A program made the position numbers and the translations under genes. Shown piece after piece: positions 1 to 9,752 of a stretch of 64,000 nt of DNA; the stretch's first letter is position 1, and every line of letters starts with the position of its first letter. The stretch is taken from contig CAWJPJ010000007.1 in NCBI GenBank assembly GCA_963844715.1, forward strand, positions 64,001-128,000, read 5' to 3'. The notes under the pieces are model-generated. The model was not told where the DNA came from, ran no database searches, and worked only from the letters and a program-made list of their open reading frames with translations. This stretch comes from an uncultured Phycisphaerales bacterium. GTDB taxonomy: Bacteria > Planctomycetota > Phycisphaerae > Tepidisphaerales > Tepidisphaeraceae.

Positions 1-598
1 CGCCGAGTTCGCGGCGGACCTCGTCGCGGGGGACGGGCGGATTGAGGAAGGGGGCGGTCTCCATGCCGCTGTAAATGGTGACGTATTGTTCACGGCGGCC
101 GATGCCGGCGGCGAGGGATTGATCGCGCATGGCGTCGGCAACGCAGACGATCCGGGCGGTGAGGGGCGCGGCTTGTTTTTCCAGACGCTTATACGCCCAG
201 TTAATCCATGGACTGACGGAAGCCGTGAACGCCAAGCCGTGAATTGTATGGACGACGGCGGTCAATCCGGCGCGGCGGGCAGCCCGGCGGCCCAGGATGC
301 CCGCCTTGCTGGAATGCGTGTGCACGATGTCGGGGCGGAGTTCTCCGAGCAACCGGGTGAGACGCTGAAGAACGCGGATATCGCGCCATGGGTTGATGGC
401 GCGGCGCATGTCGTTGATGACCACAATCCGAAAACCGGCCGCCGACGCGCGGTCCATGAGAGAGCCTTCCGGACCCAGGGCAGGACCGGTAATGAGTGTG
501 ACGTCGTATCCGCGGGCGCGCTGGCCGGCGCAGGAAAGAAGGGTATTTTCCTGCGCGCCTCCGATAATCAGGCGGGTGATGATGTGAACAATTTTCAT
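1..598 (-). CDS. Glycosyltransferase family 4 (GT-B), N-terminal part; runs off the window start
   Basis: Manual minus-strand translation from ATG at 598: MKIVHIITRLIIGGAQENTLLSC...PDIVHTHSSKAGILGR...VVHTIHG, a typical GT4 N-terminal domain. Absent from the ORF track because it is truncated. Confidence 0.88.
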   Translation of the reverse strand, partial: MKIVHIITRLIIGGAQENTLLSCAGQRARGYDVTLITGPALGPEGSLMDRASAAGFRIVVINDMRRAINPWRDIRVLQRLTRLLGELRPDIVHTHSSKAGILGRRAARRAGLTAVVHTIHGLAFTASVSPWINWAYKRLEKQAAPLTARIVCVADAMRDQSLAAGIGRREQYVTIYSGMETAPFLNPPVPRDEVRRELG

Positions 599-841
599 GG
601 ACGCCGGGGCGAATTTTACGGGGATTAGGGGCCTCATGATAGCCGCGCCGGCACGTCCGAATTGCGCGGGGCGGGGGCGATTTTTAATCCCCGCCAAAAT
701 GCGCTCAAGCCCGGAAAATCAGGCGTTTTTCCCTTGTCGTTAAGGCACTTACATCGGTAGCCGACATCGTAATAGCGGTCCACTCCGAAGTCCGGGAAGG
801 CCGCAAGCTGGACGGCGTTGCGCCAGGGAGATTTGCGCTGA

Positions 842-3800
842 ATGACTCGCACCTCGGAAGACACGAAAACGAAGATCAAACCGTCCGCGCCCGTGGCGGG
901 TCGAACGGAGCCGCAGCCGCGGCGCGCGACCATCGGAGTGCTGCTGACACTGGGGATGGCGGCGCTGGTGGGGGCGGCGGCGTGGAGCGACTGGGTGAGC
1001 GATTTGTCGGCGATGCGCCACAGTGAACAAATGCGCGTCTCGGCAATCGCGGAGACGGTTGCCGCGGGGATCAACGGGGACAACCTCATCGATATCTGGA
1101 ACGAGAACCCGGACAAAAATGAACTGACCGAGTGGAGCCCGACTTCGATGCAGTCGCGGCATATTCTGGGGACGCTGACGGAAGCGCGGCAGGCGAACGG
1201 GTTGCCGGCGCAGATTTCGCTGCTGAGACCGCCGCCGAATTATGTGCCGGGGAAGTCCCCTGCTCCTTTGCCGGCCGCGGCGGGAAATGGATCGGGTTGG
1301 TTGTGGGGTTGTGCCTCGGTGCGCGATTCGAATCTGAATGTGACGGCGATCGTGGCGGTGGGCGGAACGGTGGATGCGCGGATGCTCGACGTCCGCGGGC
1401 AATTCGTTCAGCAGGCGGGCGCCCTGGGGCTGTGCTTCATCACCGCCGAGGTGATGATCGTCCTGCTGATGGGGAGCAAGAACCGCAGCGAGCGTGAATT
1501 GCGAAAGCTGGCCCTGGTCGCCAGCCGGACCGACAACGCGGTCATCATCACCGACGCCGAGGGGTTGATCGAGTGGGTGAACGAGGGATTCACGCGGATC
1601 ACGGGATATTCACAGCGCGAGGCGATCGGCCGCAAGCCGGGGTCGTTCCTCCAGGGCGCGGCGACCGATCCGGCGACGGTGCAGCATATTCGGTATCAAC
1701 TGAGCCTGCACCGCGGATTCACGGCGGAACTGGTCAACTACGCGAAGGACGGGCGGGCGTACTGGGTATCGATCGACGTGCAGCCGATTTACGATCGCCG
1801 CGGGCGGGTGACGAATTTCATTGCCATCGAGCGCGATGTGTCGCAACAGAAGGCGACCGAGCAGGCGCTTCGGGAAAGCGAAATGCGGGTGCGCCTGGTG
1901 ATGGACAACGCACCGGGGGCCGTGATCACAGCGAATTCGATCGGACGGATCGTGGACTGGAACGCACAGGCGACGGAGCTTTTTGGATTCACGGCGGAGG
2001 AGGCGATCGGCCGGCCGGCGGACCGGATGATCTTGCCGGGGCGGATGTGGGAGAGCAGCGAGGATAAATTGCTTCGGCTGCTGCAAGTCGGACCGGATAT
2101 GCCGCAGAGACGGCGCCTTGAGACCGACGCGGCGCGCCGGGACAACCGGGAATTTCCGGCGGAAGTTTCGATCTCGCCCCTGCATGGGGCGGGGCGAGCC
2201 GCGTTTAGCATCTTCGTACAGGACATCAGCGAGCGGCGGCGGACCGACCAGCGCCGCGAAGTGCAGTATGCGGTGACGCGTCTGCTGGCGGAAAGCAGCA
2301 CCATTGACCACGCCCTTTCGGAGATTCTCTCCTCTGTATGCCAGATCATGCACTGGAAGGCGGGATCCGCCTGGATGGTCGAAGGGGACGGACGGTCGCT
2401 GCGCTGCCGGCACTTCTGGCAGGACAAGGATTCGGACACCGCGCGGCTCGAGGAGGCGTGCCGCGAACTAACCGTCACGCGCGGGCAGGTATTGCCCGGA
2501 AAGGTCTGGGACACCGGCAGCGGGCAATGGATCGAGCAAATCTCCGCCACCCCGGCCCTGCTTCGTCAATCGGCAATGCTCACCGCACGGATGCAATCGG
2601 CGTTGGCATTCCCGATCAAGTTTGGCGGGGAAGTGGCCGGCGTGCTGGAGTTCTACAGTAATTTCCCCTGTCCCGAGGATCGAAGCCTTCTGGAACTTCT
2701 GGAAACCCTCGGCAGCCAGATTGGGCAATTTTTGGAAAGACAGCGGGCACAGGCGGAGTTGTCAGCCGCGAAAGAGACGGCGGATGCCGCTAATCGTTCC
2801 AAGAGCGAATTCCTGGCGAACATGAGCCATGAGATTCGCACGCCGCTGAACGGAATCATCGGGATGACCAATCTACTGCTGCGCTCGACCCTGACGGCGC
2901 AGCAGCGGAGGTATGCATCGATTGTCAATTCTTCGGGCGAAGCGCTGCTGGGGCTGGTGCGGCAGATTCTGGATTTTTCGAAAGTGGAAGCGGGAAAACT
3001 GGAATTGGAATCGATTCAATTTTCGCTGCGGCAAGTCGTCGAGGATGTCGTCGAGATGCTGGCGCAAAAGGCGGCGCAGAAAGGCCTCGAATTGGCCTGC
3101 CAGGTGGAAGAAGGGCTGCCACGGGTTCTGATGGGCGATCCGGAGCGGCTCAGGCAGATTCTGGTGAATCTCGTGTCCAACGCGATCAAATTCACCGAGC
3201 GGGGGGACGTCCTGGTCCGGGCGGGATTGGAAAAGCGGCGCGACGATGGACGCCTGGTTGTGCGATTCTCCGTGCGCGACACGGGAATCGGCATTCCCGC
3301 GGAACGGCTGGACCGATTGTTCAAAATGTTCTCCCAGGTCGATGCCTCGACCACGCGAAAATACGGCGGGACTGGCCTGGGGCTGGCCATTTCCAAACAG
3401 TTGGCGGAATTGATGGACGGGCAGATCGGGGTGACCAGTTCGGTTGGAGCGGGTTCGACGTTCTGGTTCACCGCCGCGCTGACCGAGGGCCGCGAGACCG
3501 GCGGCGAAGCCAGTTTGCAGGCCCACGCCTCCAAGAATTTGCGCGGGTTGCGAGTCCTGGCGGTTGACGACAACAGCACGCATCGCGAATTGCTTCGCGA
3601 GCAATTGCTGGGCTGGGGCGTGCAATCGGTGGCGGCGGCGGGGGACGGAGACGAAGCGCTGGCGCTGATGCGCAAGCAAGAAGAGACGGGCGAGCCGTTC
3701 CATGTCGCCCTGCTCGATCTGGTGATGCCGAAGATGACCGGCTTGCAACTGGCCAGGGAAATCCGGTCGGATGACAAACTCGGGGAAACAGCGCTGATCA

Positions 3801-4814
3801 TGCTGACTTCGATGGACATCAGCATGGACCCGGCGGAGGTCGCCCGCGCGGGATTCGTGCGGCAATTGACCAAGCCGATCAGGCAGTCGCAGCTTTTTGA
3901 CGCGGTGATCGAATCGGCGGCGGGAATTCCCGCGGCGGAATCGGCTCGCGAGCCGGTTGCGGATGCGACCCAGGCGCCGCGCCGGCGCAGTACCGAATCG
4001 GCGCGCCCACATCCTGCTGGCCGAGGACAATGAAGTGAACCAACTTGTGGCGCAGGAAATTTTGACGGGGGCGGGGCATACGGTGGAAGTCGTCTGCAAC
4101 GGCAAATTGGCGGTGGAAACACTTCTGCGGCGGAAATTCGACCTGGTGTTGATGGATTGCCAGATGCCGGAGATGGATGGATTCGACGCCGTGGCGCTGA
4201 TTCGCAAGCACGAGTCGGAGGGGCGCCTGTCCGCGGGCGGGCGGCCGCTGCCGCTGATTGCGCTGACCGCGAACGCCGTTAAAGGGGATCGCGAGCGCTG
4301 CCTGGAGGCGGGGATGACAGGGTATGTGAGCAAGCCGGTGAAGGAGGAAGAGTTGCTCGGCGCAGTGGACGAGGCGCTGAACGGCCGCGCGGCGGAGACA
4401 GCGCCCGCGCCAAAGCCGAAAGCGCGTTCGCACGAGCACAACGGCGATCGCCCGATCGATATTGAAGATCTGCTGCGGCGGTGCCGCGGTAAAACTTCTT
4501 TGGCGCAAACGCTGCTGGGAAAATTTGAGGGCCAGCTTCGGAGTATGTTGTCGCAGGCAGTGCTGTTGCTCGGTGAGCATGACGCCCCGGCCCTGGCCAA
4601 ACTGGCACATAACGTAAAGGGAACGGCGGCGAATCTTTCGGCGGAGAAATTGCGCCAGTCGGCGGCGGAACTGGAGAAACTGGGCGTGGCCGGCGACGCC
4701 GACGCGCTGCCGGCGGCGCTGGAGGCGTTGGAGGCGCAGGCGCAGGAAATCATCGAATTTTTGCCCGAGGCGACGGCTGAAGTGTCCGCCGCCGGAAAGA
4801 GTGCCAAGGGGTAA
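842..4814 (+). CDS. Membrane hybrid sensor histidine kinase (2TM-PAS-PAS-GAF-HisKA-HATPase-REC-REC-Hpt); frameshift near 4000
   Basis: H-box [17 protein letters not shown]-box [11 protein letters not shown]-boxes DTGIGI and GGTGLGL, REC VLAVDDN. ORF 3957..4814 continues with REC ([21 protein letters not shown]) and Hpt ([11 protein letters not shown]). Confidence 0.92.
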
Positions 4815-4817
4815 GCC

Positions 4818-5839
4818 ATGAAGATTTTGATTGTCGACGACGATGCGATCGCGCTGGAACTTCTGAAGGACCTTCTGGTCGACGGGGGACACGAGGTGAG
4901 CTGCGCGAGCGATGGGCGCGAAGCGCTGGAGATTCTCAGCCGCTCGCCGTATCGCGTGATCATCACGGACTGGGAGATGCCGGAGATGGGCGGCGTGGAA
5001 CTGTGCGAGTCCGTGCGCGGAGCGCCGTCGAGTACGAGGGGTACATCTATATCATTCTGCTCACCGCCCACGGGAGCATGTCGGAGCGGGTGGCGGGGCT
5101 TTCGGCGGGAGCGGACGATTTCATCAGCAAGCCCTTCGAGCCGGCGGAACTGCTCGCGCGCGTGCAGGCGGCGGAAAGAATCCTCTCCATGGAGACGCGC
5201 GACGTGGCGATCTTCGCGATGGCAAAGCTGGCCGAGTCGCGCGATCCGGAAACGGGAAGCCATCTCGAGCGGGTGATGAATTATTCGAGAATTCTGGCCA
5301 AGCAGCTTCCGGCGATCGGGCGATTGACGGATCAGATCGATGGCGATTTCGTTCGCGCCATCTACGCGACCAGCCCGCTGCACGACATCGGGAAGGTCGG
5401 GATACCGGATTGCGTGCTGCTGAAGCCGGGCCGGTTGAGCGACCGGGAATTTGAGATCATGAAGACGCACACGACAATCGGCGCAAAGACGCTGGACGCG
5501 GCCGTGCAGCGATTCCCCGGCACACGATTTTTGGAAATGGCGCGGAACATCGCAGCGTCGCATCACGAACATTGGGACGGGACGGGGTATCCAACCGGCT
5601 TGCGCGGGTCGGATATTCCGCTGGCGGGGAGAATCGTCGCGGTGGCGGATGTGTATGACGCGATGACGAGCAAGCGCGTGTACAAGGAGGCCTTCGGCCA
5701 CGACATCGCGCGATCGCTGATCATCAAGGAGGCGGGGACGCATCTCGATCCGGATGTGGTGGACGCGTTCATGGCGGCGGAGCAGGCTTTGCTGGCCATT
5801 CGTGAGCGGTTCACCGAATCGCACGCGGCTGCGGCGTGA
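4818..5839 (+). CDS. REC + HD-GYP response regulator (RpfG-like c-di-GMP phosphodiesterase); frameshift near 5020
   Basis: MKILIVDDD...[10 protein letters not shown] (REC) joined to [38 protein letters not shown]. Confidence 0.92.
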
Positions 5840-5964
5840 TGCGGGAATTTGATGGGATTGGGTGAGATGCCGGGCGCAATCGAATCGACGTCCGCGGGGA
5901 AAAACAGATTTCCCGTTTTGAATCACCTTCAACAGAATAACTCGGCCGGCGCGATCCCTGCGAT

Positions 5965-6435
5965 TCAGCCGTTTCTAGTCCAAAGGACCGCCGCCAAGAT
6001 CAAATTGGTTAACCCCAAGGGATGAACGAACAAAAGATGAAACAAATTGGGGCGCGGATTGTCGCCGCGTGGGAGTAGAACTTGTATGGTCCCGGCGTAC
6101 ATTTCTGAATAGAGTTGCCTGGTCTTTTCACTGGCGCCTCGGAAGTACGGAATCCACCAAGACGTGATGGCCCCGAATACGGTCACGGCACAGTAGATGA
6201 GCCAATAGGTCAACACGAACGCGGGCTTATGCGGTTGGTTCCAATAGTAGATTGCATACGCGGCAGCGAGCCCGGGGAATAATCCGTTGATGAACGTCGC
6301 GATTAACACCCTGGTCGGCCCCAGCGTCGCTCGGACCTGGCGGCCATGAGTCCAACCGGGGATGTCTACCCAATCGTGCAGGGAGTTCACCAAAAACTGA
6401 AGTACGATGAGAATTGAAAAGATGGTTTCGAGCAT
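5965..6435 (-). CDS. Hypothetical integral membrane protein (about 4 TM), likely PadR-regulated
   Basis: Hydrophobic ORF from MLETIFSILIV; lies just downstream of padR on the same strand; start uncertain. Confidence 0.65.
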   Translation of the reverse strand: MLETIFSILIVLQFLVNSLHDWVDIPGWTHGRQVRATLGPTRVLIATFINGLFPGLAAAYAIYYWNQPHKPAFVLTYWLIYCAVTVFGAITSWWIPYFRGASEKTRQLYSEMYAGTIQVLLPRGDNPRPNLFHLLFVHPLGLTNLILAAVLWTRNG

Positions 6436-6551
6436 ATTGCTGGGCTCCGGTAATCCGGATCGATCATCGGGTGAAAGCTGAAAGGTCGGCAGCCCGGACG
6501 CCGCCGGCAAAATCGCCGCCAATTGCAGCAACCATCGCACAATTCTGACAC

Positions 6552-7109
6552 TCATTTGCCGCTCTGCATCTGGCGCAACGTCGCCAGTGATTCATCGGCC
6601 CATTCGACGAAGGCTTTGGACATGGCAACGCCGCCGCGAAGGGTGATGATTTGAAAAGGCGTATAGCTCTCGTTTTGGGCTTTAAGCATGTTCAACCAGC
6701 CGGCGTATTGATCGGCGATTGCTTTGGCGGCGTTCCGGCGCACTTCCAGATGACGAATCAAGACGGGAATTCGGGTCTTGCTGCCGAAGAAAAGTTTCAA
6801 GATGAGTTCTTCGCGTCGGGGTCCCTCGGCGGGCGGAATTTCCAGCCACGCCGCCAGCCGCTTCTCGCCTTTGGCGGTCAGGGTGTAGAGAACCTTTTTT
6901 CGGCCTTTCTCGCTCGTCGACTTTGCCTGAATCCATTTTTCGGCGGCGAGTTTTTTGAGCACCGGGTAGATCTGCCCGAAACTCTCGGCCCAGAAGTGGG
7001 AGATGGTTCCGTCGATAATCTGCTTGATGTCGTACCCGGAGAGGGCCTTGGGTTCGAGAATGCCGAGGATACCCAGGATGACGAAGTGAGTGCGGGATTC
7101 GCGTTGCAT
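6552..7109 (-). CDS. PadR family transcriptional regulator with C-terminal helical domain
   Basis: ILGIL..KALSGYDIK...SHFWAESFGQIYPVLKKL...RKKVLYTLTAKG...ELILKLFF; start placed at the ATG at 7109 from promoter geometry. Confidence 0.92.
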   Translation of the reverse strand: MQRESRTHFVILGILGILEPKALSGYDIKQIIDGTISHFWAESFGQIYPVLKKLAAEKWIQAKSTSEKGRKKVLYTLTAKGEKRLAAWLEIPPAEGPRREELILKLFFGSKTRIPVLIRHLEVRRNAAKAIADQYAGWLNMLKAQNESYTPFQIITLRGGVAMSKAFVEWADESLATLRQMQSGK

Positions 7110-7144
7110 ATATCTATTAGACATATCTAACAGATATATGTCAA
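7107..7144 (-). promoter_or_regulatory. Sigma70-type promoter of padR (TTGACA-17-TCTAAT) with an overlapping inverted-repeat operator; leaderless
   Basis: Minus strand TTGACA 7144-7139, TCTAAT 7121-7116, ATG 6 nt later. Inverted repeat CATATATCT (7107-7115) / AGATATATG (7132-7140). Confidence 0.8.
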
Positions 7145-7174
7145 GACCCCCCCGCCCGTCAGGGGCACGGGGCG

Positions 7175-8176
7175 TCAAATCAGCTTTTCGGCGATTTGCA
7201 CGGCATTTGTGGCGGCGCCTTTGCGGACCTGGTCGCCGCTGACGAAGAGGTCGATTCCGCGGCCGTCGTCGCGGCTAATGTCCTGGCGGATTCTTCCGAC
7301 TAAAACATTGTCCTGGCCGCTGGCTTCGAGGGGCATGGGGAAATGATTTTTTTCCGGATCGTCGACGATTCTCACGCCGGGGGCTTTGGCGAGAATTTCC
7401 CGTACTTGCTGGGGAGTAATGGGGCGCTCGAATTCGAGATTGATAGCTTCGCTGTGAGCGCGCGGGATGGGGACGCGGACGCAGGTGGCGGTGATCATCA
7501 TTTTTGATTCGCCGAAGATTTTTCGGGTTTCGTTGACCATTTTGTTCTCTTCCTCGTTGTAGCCGTTGGCGGCGACTTTGCTGTTGTGGCTGAAGAGGTT
7601 GTGAACAATTTGGTGCGGGAAGAGAGTGCGCTCGATGTTCTTTCCTTCGGCGTAGGCGCGGATCTGCTGCTCAAGTTCGTGCATGCCGGCGGCGCCGGCG
7701 CCGCTGACGGCTTGATAGGTGCTGACAATGATGCGGCGGACGCGATTGGCTTTGTGAAGGGGCCAGACCGGCACGTTCATGATGATCGTGCTGCAATTGG
7801 GATTGGCGATCAGGCCGTTGTGCTTTTGAATCTGGTCGGGATTCACCTCGGGGACGACGAGGGGGACGCCGTCTTTCATTCGGAAGGCGGAGGTGTTGTC
7901 GACGACAATGGCGCCGGCTTCGACGGCGGCGGGGGCGAATTCCTTGCTGATCGAGCCGCCGGCGGAGAAGAAGGCGATGCGGACGCCGGCGAAGCTGTCT
8001 TTGGTCAGGGTTTCGACGGTGTGGGTCTTGCCCGCGAAGTTAATCTGTTTGCCCGCGCTGCGGGAGCTGGCCAGGAGACGCAGGGACTTGATGGGGAAAC
8101 GCCGTTCGGCGAGGACGGCGAGGAACTCCTGGCCGACGGCGCCGGTGGCTCCCACGATGGCAACATTGACTGACAT
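7175..8176 (-). CDS. asd: Aspartate-semialdehyde dehydrogenase
   Basis: VAIVGATGAVGQ, VDNTSAFRM, IANPNCSTI, STYQAVSGAG, TCVRVP, RKGAATNAVQIAE. Confidence 0.97.
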   Translation of the reverse strand: MSVNVAIVGATGAVGQEFLAVLAERRFPIKSLRLLASSRSAGKQINFAGKTHTVETLTKDSFAGVRIAFFSAGGSISKEFAPAAVEAGAIVVDNTSAFRMKDGVPLVVPEVNPDQIQKHNGLIANPNCSTIIMNVPVWPLHKANRVRRIIVSTYQAVSGAGAAGMHELEQQIRAYAEGKNIERTLFPHQIVHNLFSHNSKVAANGYNEEENKMVNETRKIFGESKMMITATCVRVPIPRAHSEAINLEFERPITPQQVREILAKAPGVRIVDDPEKNHFPMPLEASGQDNVLVGRIRQDISRDDGRGIDLFVSGDQVRKGAATNAVQIAEKLI

Positions 8177-8213
8177 GCTCTAACTCCGCGATTTACAGGT
8201 AGTTGAGTGCTAG

Positions 8214-8488
8214 GGCCTGCCTGATGAATTATCCGGGCCGCGACGCCGGGAATTTCGGCCCCTGACAAGGCGCGACGGCGAGGCGACTCAAATAGGTCGA
8301 GTCGCTGAGGAGGAGCAACGCAGTATGGGGCCGAAATGCCCGGCGTCCCTCCGGGTTGGCCCGGAAATGGCCCATCTGCGGCGTTGTCGCGACTCAACGA
8401 CTCGCTTCACATGAGTCGCTTCGCCGCTCCGCCTAGCATCTGGGCCATTTCCGGGCCAACGCAGCCCGGATAATTCATCAGGCAGGCC
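8214..8488. mobile_element. MITE-like non-coding element with 25-bp perfect terminal inverted repeats and two internal stem-loop arms
   Basis: GGCCTGCCTGATGAATTATCCGGGC at 8214-8238 and its exact reverse complement at 8464-8488; internal inverted repeats at about 8242-8262/8327-8347 and 8355-8379/8436-8460. Confidence 0.75.
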
Positions 8489-8686
8489 GTGGATTGCCGC
8501 TGGGGCGATGAAGGACTCTGGGGGAGATTATACCTTGTGGATGGGGGAAGTCTTGTGAGAGATTGACTCGGCAAATGCGGACAAAAGTTGGCGCTTTTGC
8601 GTCTGGTGGGAGGTTGGGAAGATGAGGTGGGTTGGGGGATTGGGTGGTATTTGCATGATTCAGGCGCACTTGAAGGGAGCCAAAAT

Positions 8687-9499
8687 ATGCAACGGTTCAA
8701 TTGGATTTCTGCGCTTATCGTCGCCTTGGTGGTGGGAGTAATTTTGCCGACGGCATGGTTTGGATCGAGGGTGCTTGCGGGTGATTATTCGTCGCGGGCG
8801 CTGCCGGATGAGGATCGGCAGACGCTGAGCGAGTATCTGGGGAACGGCGTGGTTGGGGAGGCGATTGCGCCGCCGGCGTTGCCGGATGGGATTAACGATA
8901 TGCTGTCGATCGGGGATGGGATGTCGTGGCGCGTCCGGGTGACTTCGGGGCGAGCGCAGGGGAAGATTCAGTGGGGGTCGGCCAGCTTGCTCAGTCGAAG
9001 CGACGGAGGGAGCGGGTTTCGAATCGATACGGGGGATGGGCGGAATGTGCTGTATGGGCAACTGGATGCGAAGGGGAACGTTTGGTGTTATGCGTCACAG
9101 GATAATCGGGAGGGAGTGATGTCGCGGTTTACGCCGCCGCAGCCGATTTTTCTGGCGGACATGAAGCCGGGAGAGGCGCGGCACGTGAAGTGTCAGGTCG
9201 CGGTGGCGGATTTGTCGCGGCCGGATGTCGAGACACACTCGGGAGAACTGGACGTGGAATTCACTTATGAGGGGGCGTATCAGTTGCACGTGCCGGCGGG
9301 GACGATCGATTCCGTGCTGTTTAAGACGCGTCTGACGGGCAAGGTTGGGCCGGCGACGGTGGACGACACGATTTACCGATTTTATGGCAAGAATTGCGGG
9401 CCGGTGGCAATCGTGGAGACGAACGATGTTTCGGCGCTATTCGTTTACCACGAGAAGACTCGGATTGGGAAGGTGCTGGTCGGGACGGACGCGAAATGA
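8687..9499 (+). CDS. Hypothetical exported beta-rich protein
   Basis: N-terminal hydrophobic signal/anchor MQRFNWISALIVALVVGVILP; 270-aa ORF; no family recognised. Confidence 0.7.
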   Translation: MQRFNWISALIVALVVGVILPTAWFGSRVLAGDYSSRALPDEDRQTLSEYLGNGVVGEAIAPPALPDGINDMLSIGDGMSWRVRVTSGRAQGKIQWGSASLLSRSDGGSGFRIDTGDGRNVLYGQLDAKGNVWCYASQDNREGVMSRFTPPQPIFLADMKPGEARHVKCQVAVADLSRPDVETHSGELDVEFTYEGAYQLHVPAGTIDSVLFKTRLTGKVGPATVDDTIYRFYGKNCGPVAIVETNDVSALFVYHEKTRIGKVLVGTDAK

Positions 9500-9501
9500 A
9501 G

Positions 9502-9574
9502 TGGGCGATAAGGGATTCGAACCCCTGACTTCCACCTTGTAAGGGTGGCACTCTAGCCGCTGAGTTAATCGCCC
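9502..9574 (-). tRNA. tRNA-Val(TAC), CCA not encoded
   Basis: Reverse complement GGGCGATTAACTCAGCGGCTAGAGTGCCACCCTTACAAGGTGGAAGTCAGGGGTTCGAATCCCTTATCGCCCA forms a cloverleaf with anticodon loop CTTACAA and T-loop TTCGAAT. Confidence 0.96.
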
Positions 9575-9611
9575 GGCTGGATATATTCTATCGGCGAATC
9601 CGCCTTTCGGC

Positions 9612-9752
9612 CAAAATCGGAAACCCGAAACCAGAAACCAGAAATCCGAGCCAAATCCGAATTCCCGAATGAGCGAAAAGGCCTTTTTGGACAATCGGTT
9701 AATCAGTCATTCGCATTTGGTTCTGGTTTGGGGTTTCGGGATTCTGGTTTTC
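9612..9752. repeat. Heptamer-built imperfect palindromic repeat (GAAACCA/GAAACCC...TGGTTTC), copy 1
   Basis: Tandem gaaaccc-gaaacca-gaaacca-gaaatcc on the left, complementary ttctggtttg/gtttcggg/ttctggtttt on the right; similar to 35412-35548. Confidence 0.7.

Noticed and set aside
2873..5932. 1019-aa antisense ORF and many other long overlapping ORFs
   Set aside because: Shadow ORFs of high-GC coding sequence opposite well-supported genes; Arg/Pro-rich with no motifs.
8177..8500. Lysine or SAM riboswitch upstream of asd
   Set aside because: No recognisable aptamer consensus; the structure is explained by perfect terminal inverted repeats. An Rfam search would settle it.
8500..9574. Possible genomic island integrated at the tRNA-Val 3' end
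   Set aside because: No integrase, no duplicated tRNA 3' fragment seen, and asd follows within about 1.3 kb.
9612..9752. CRISPR-like array in the short-repeat regions (also 35412-35548)
   Set aside because: Units are 7-mers without unique spacers, and there are no cas genes in the window.
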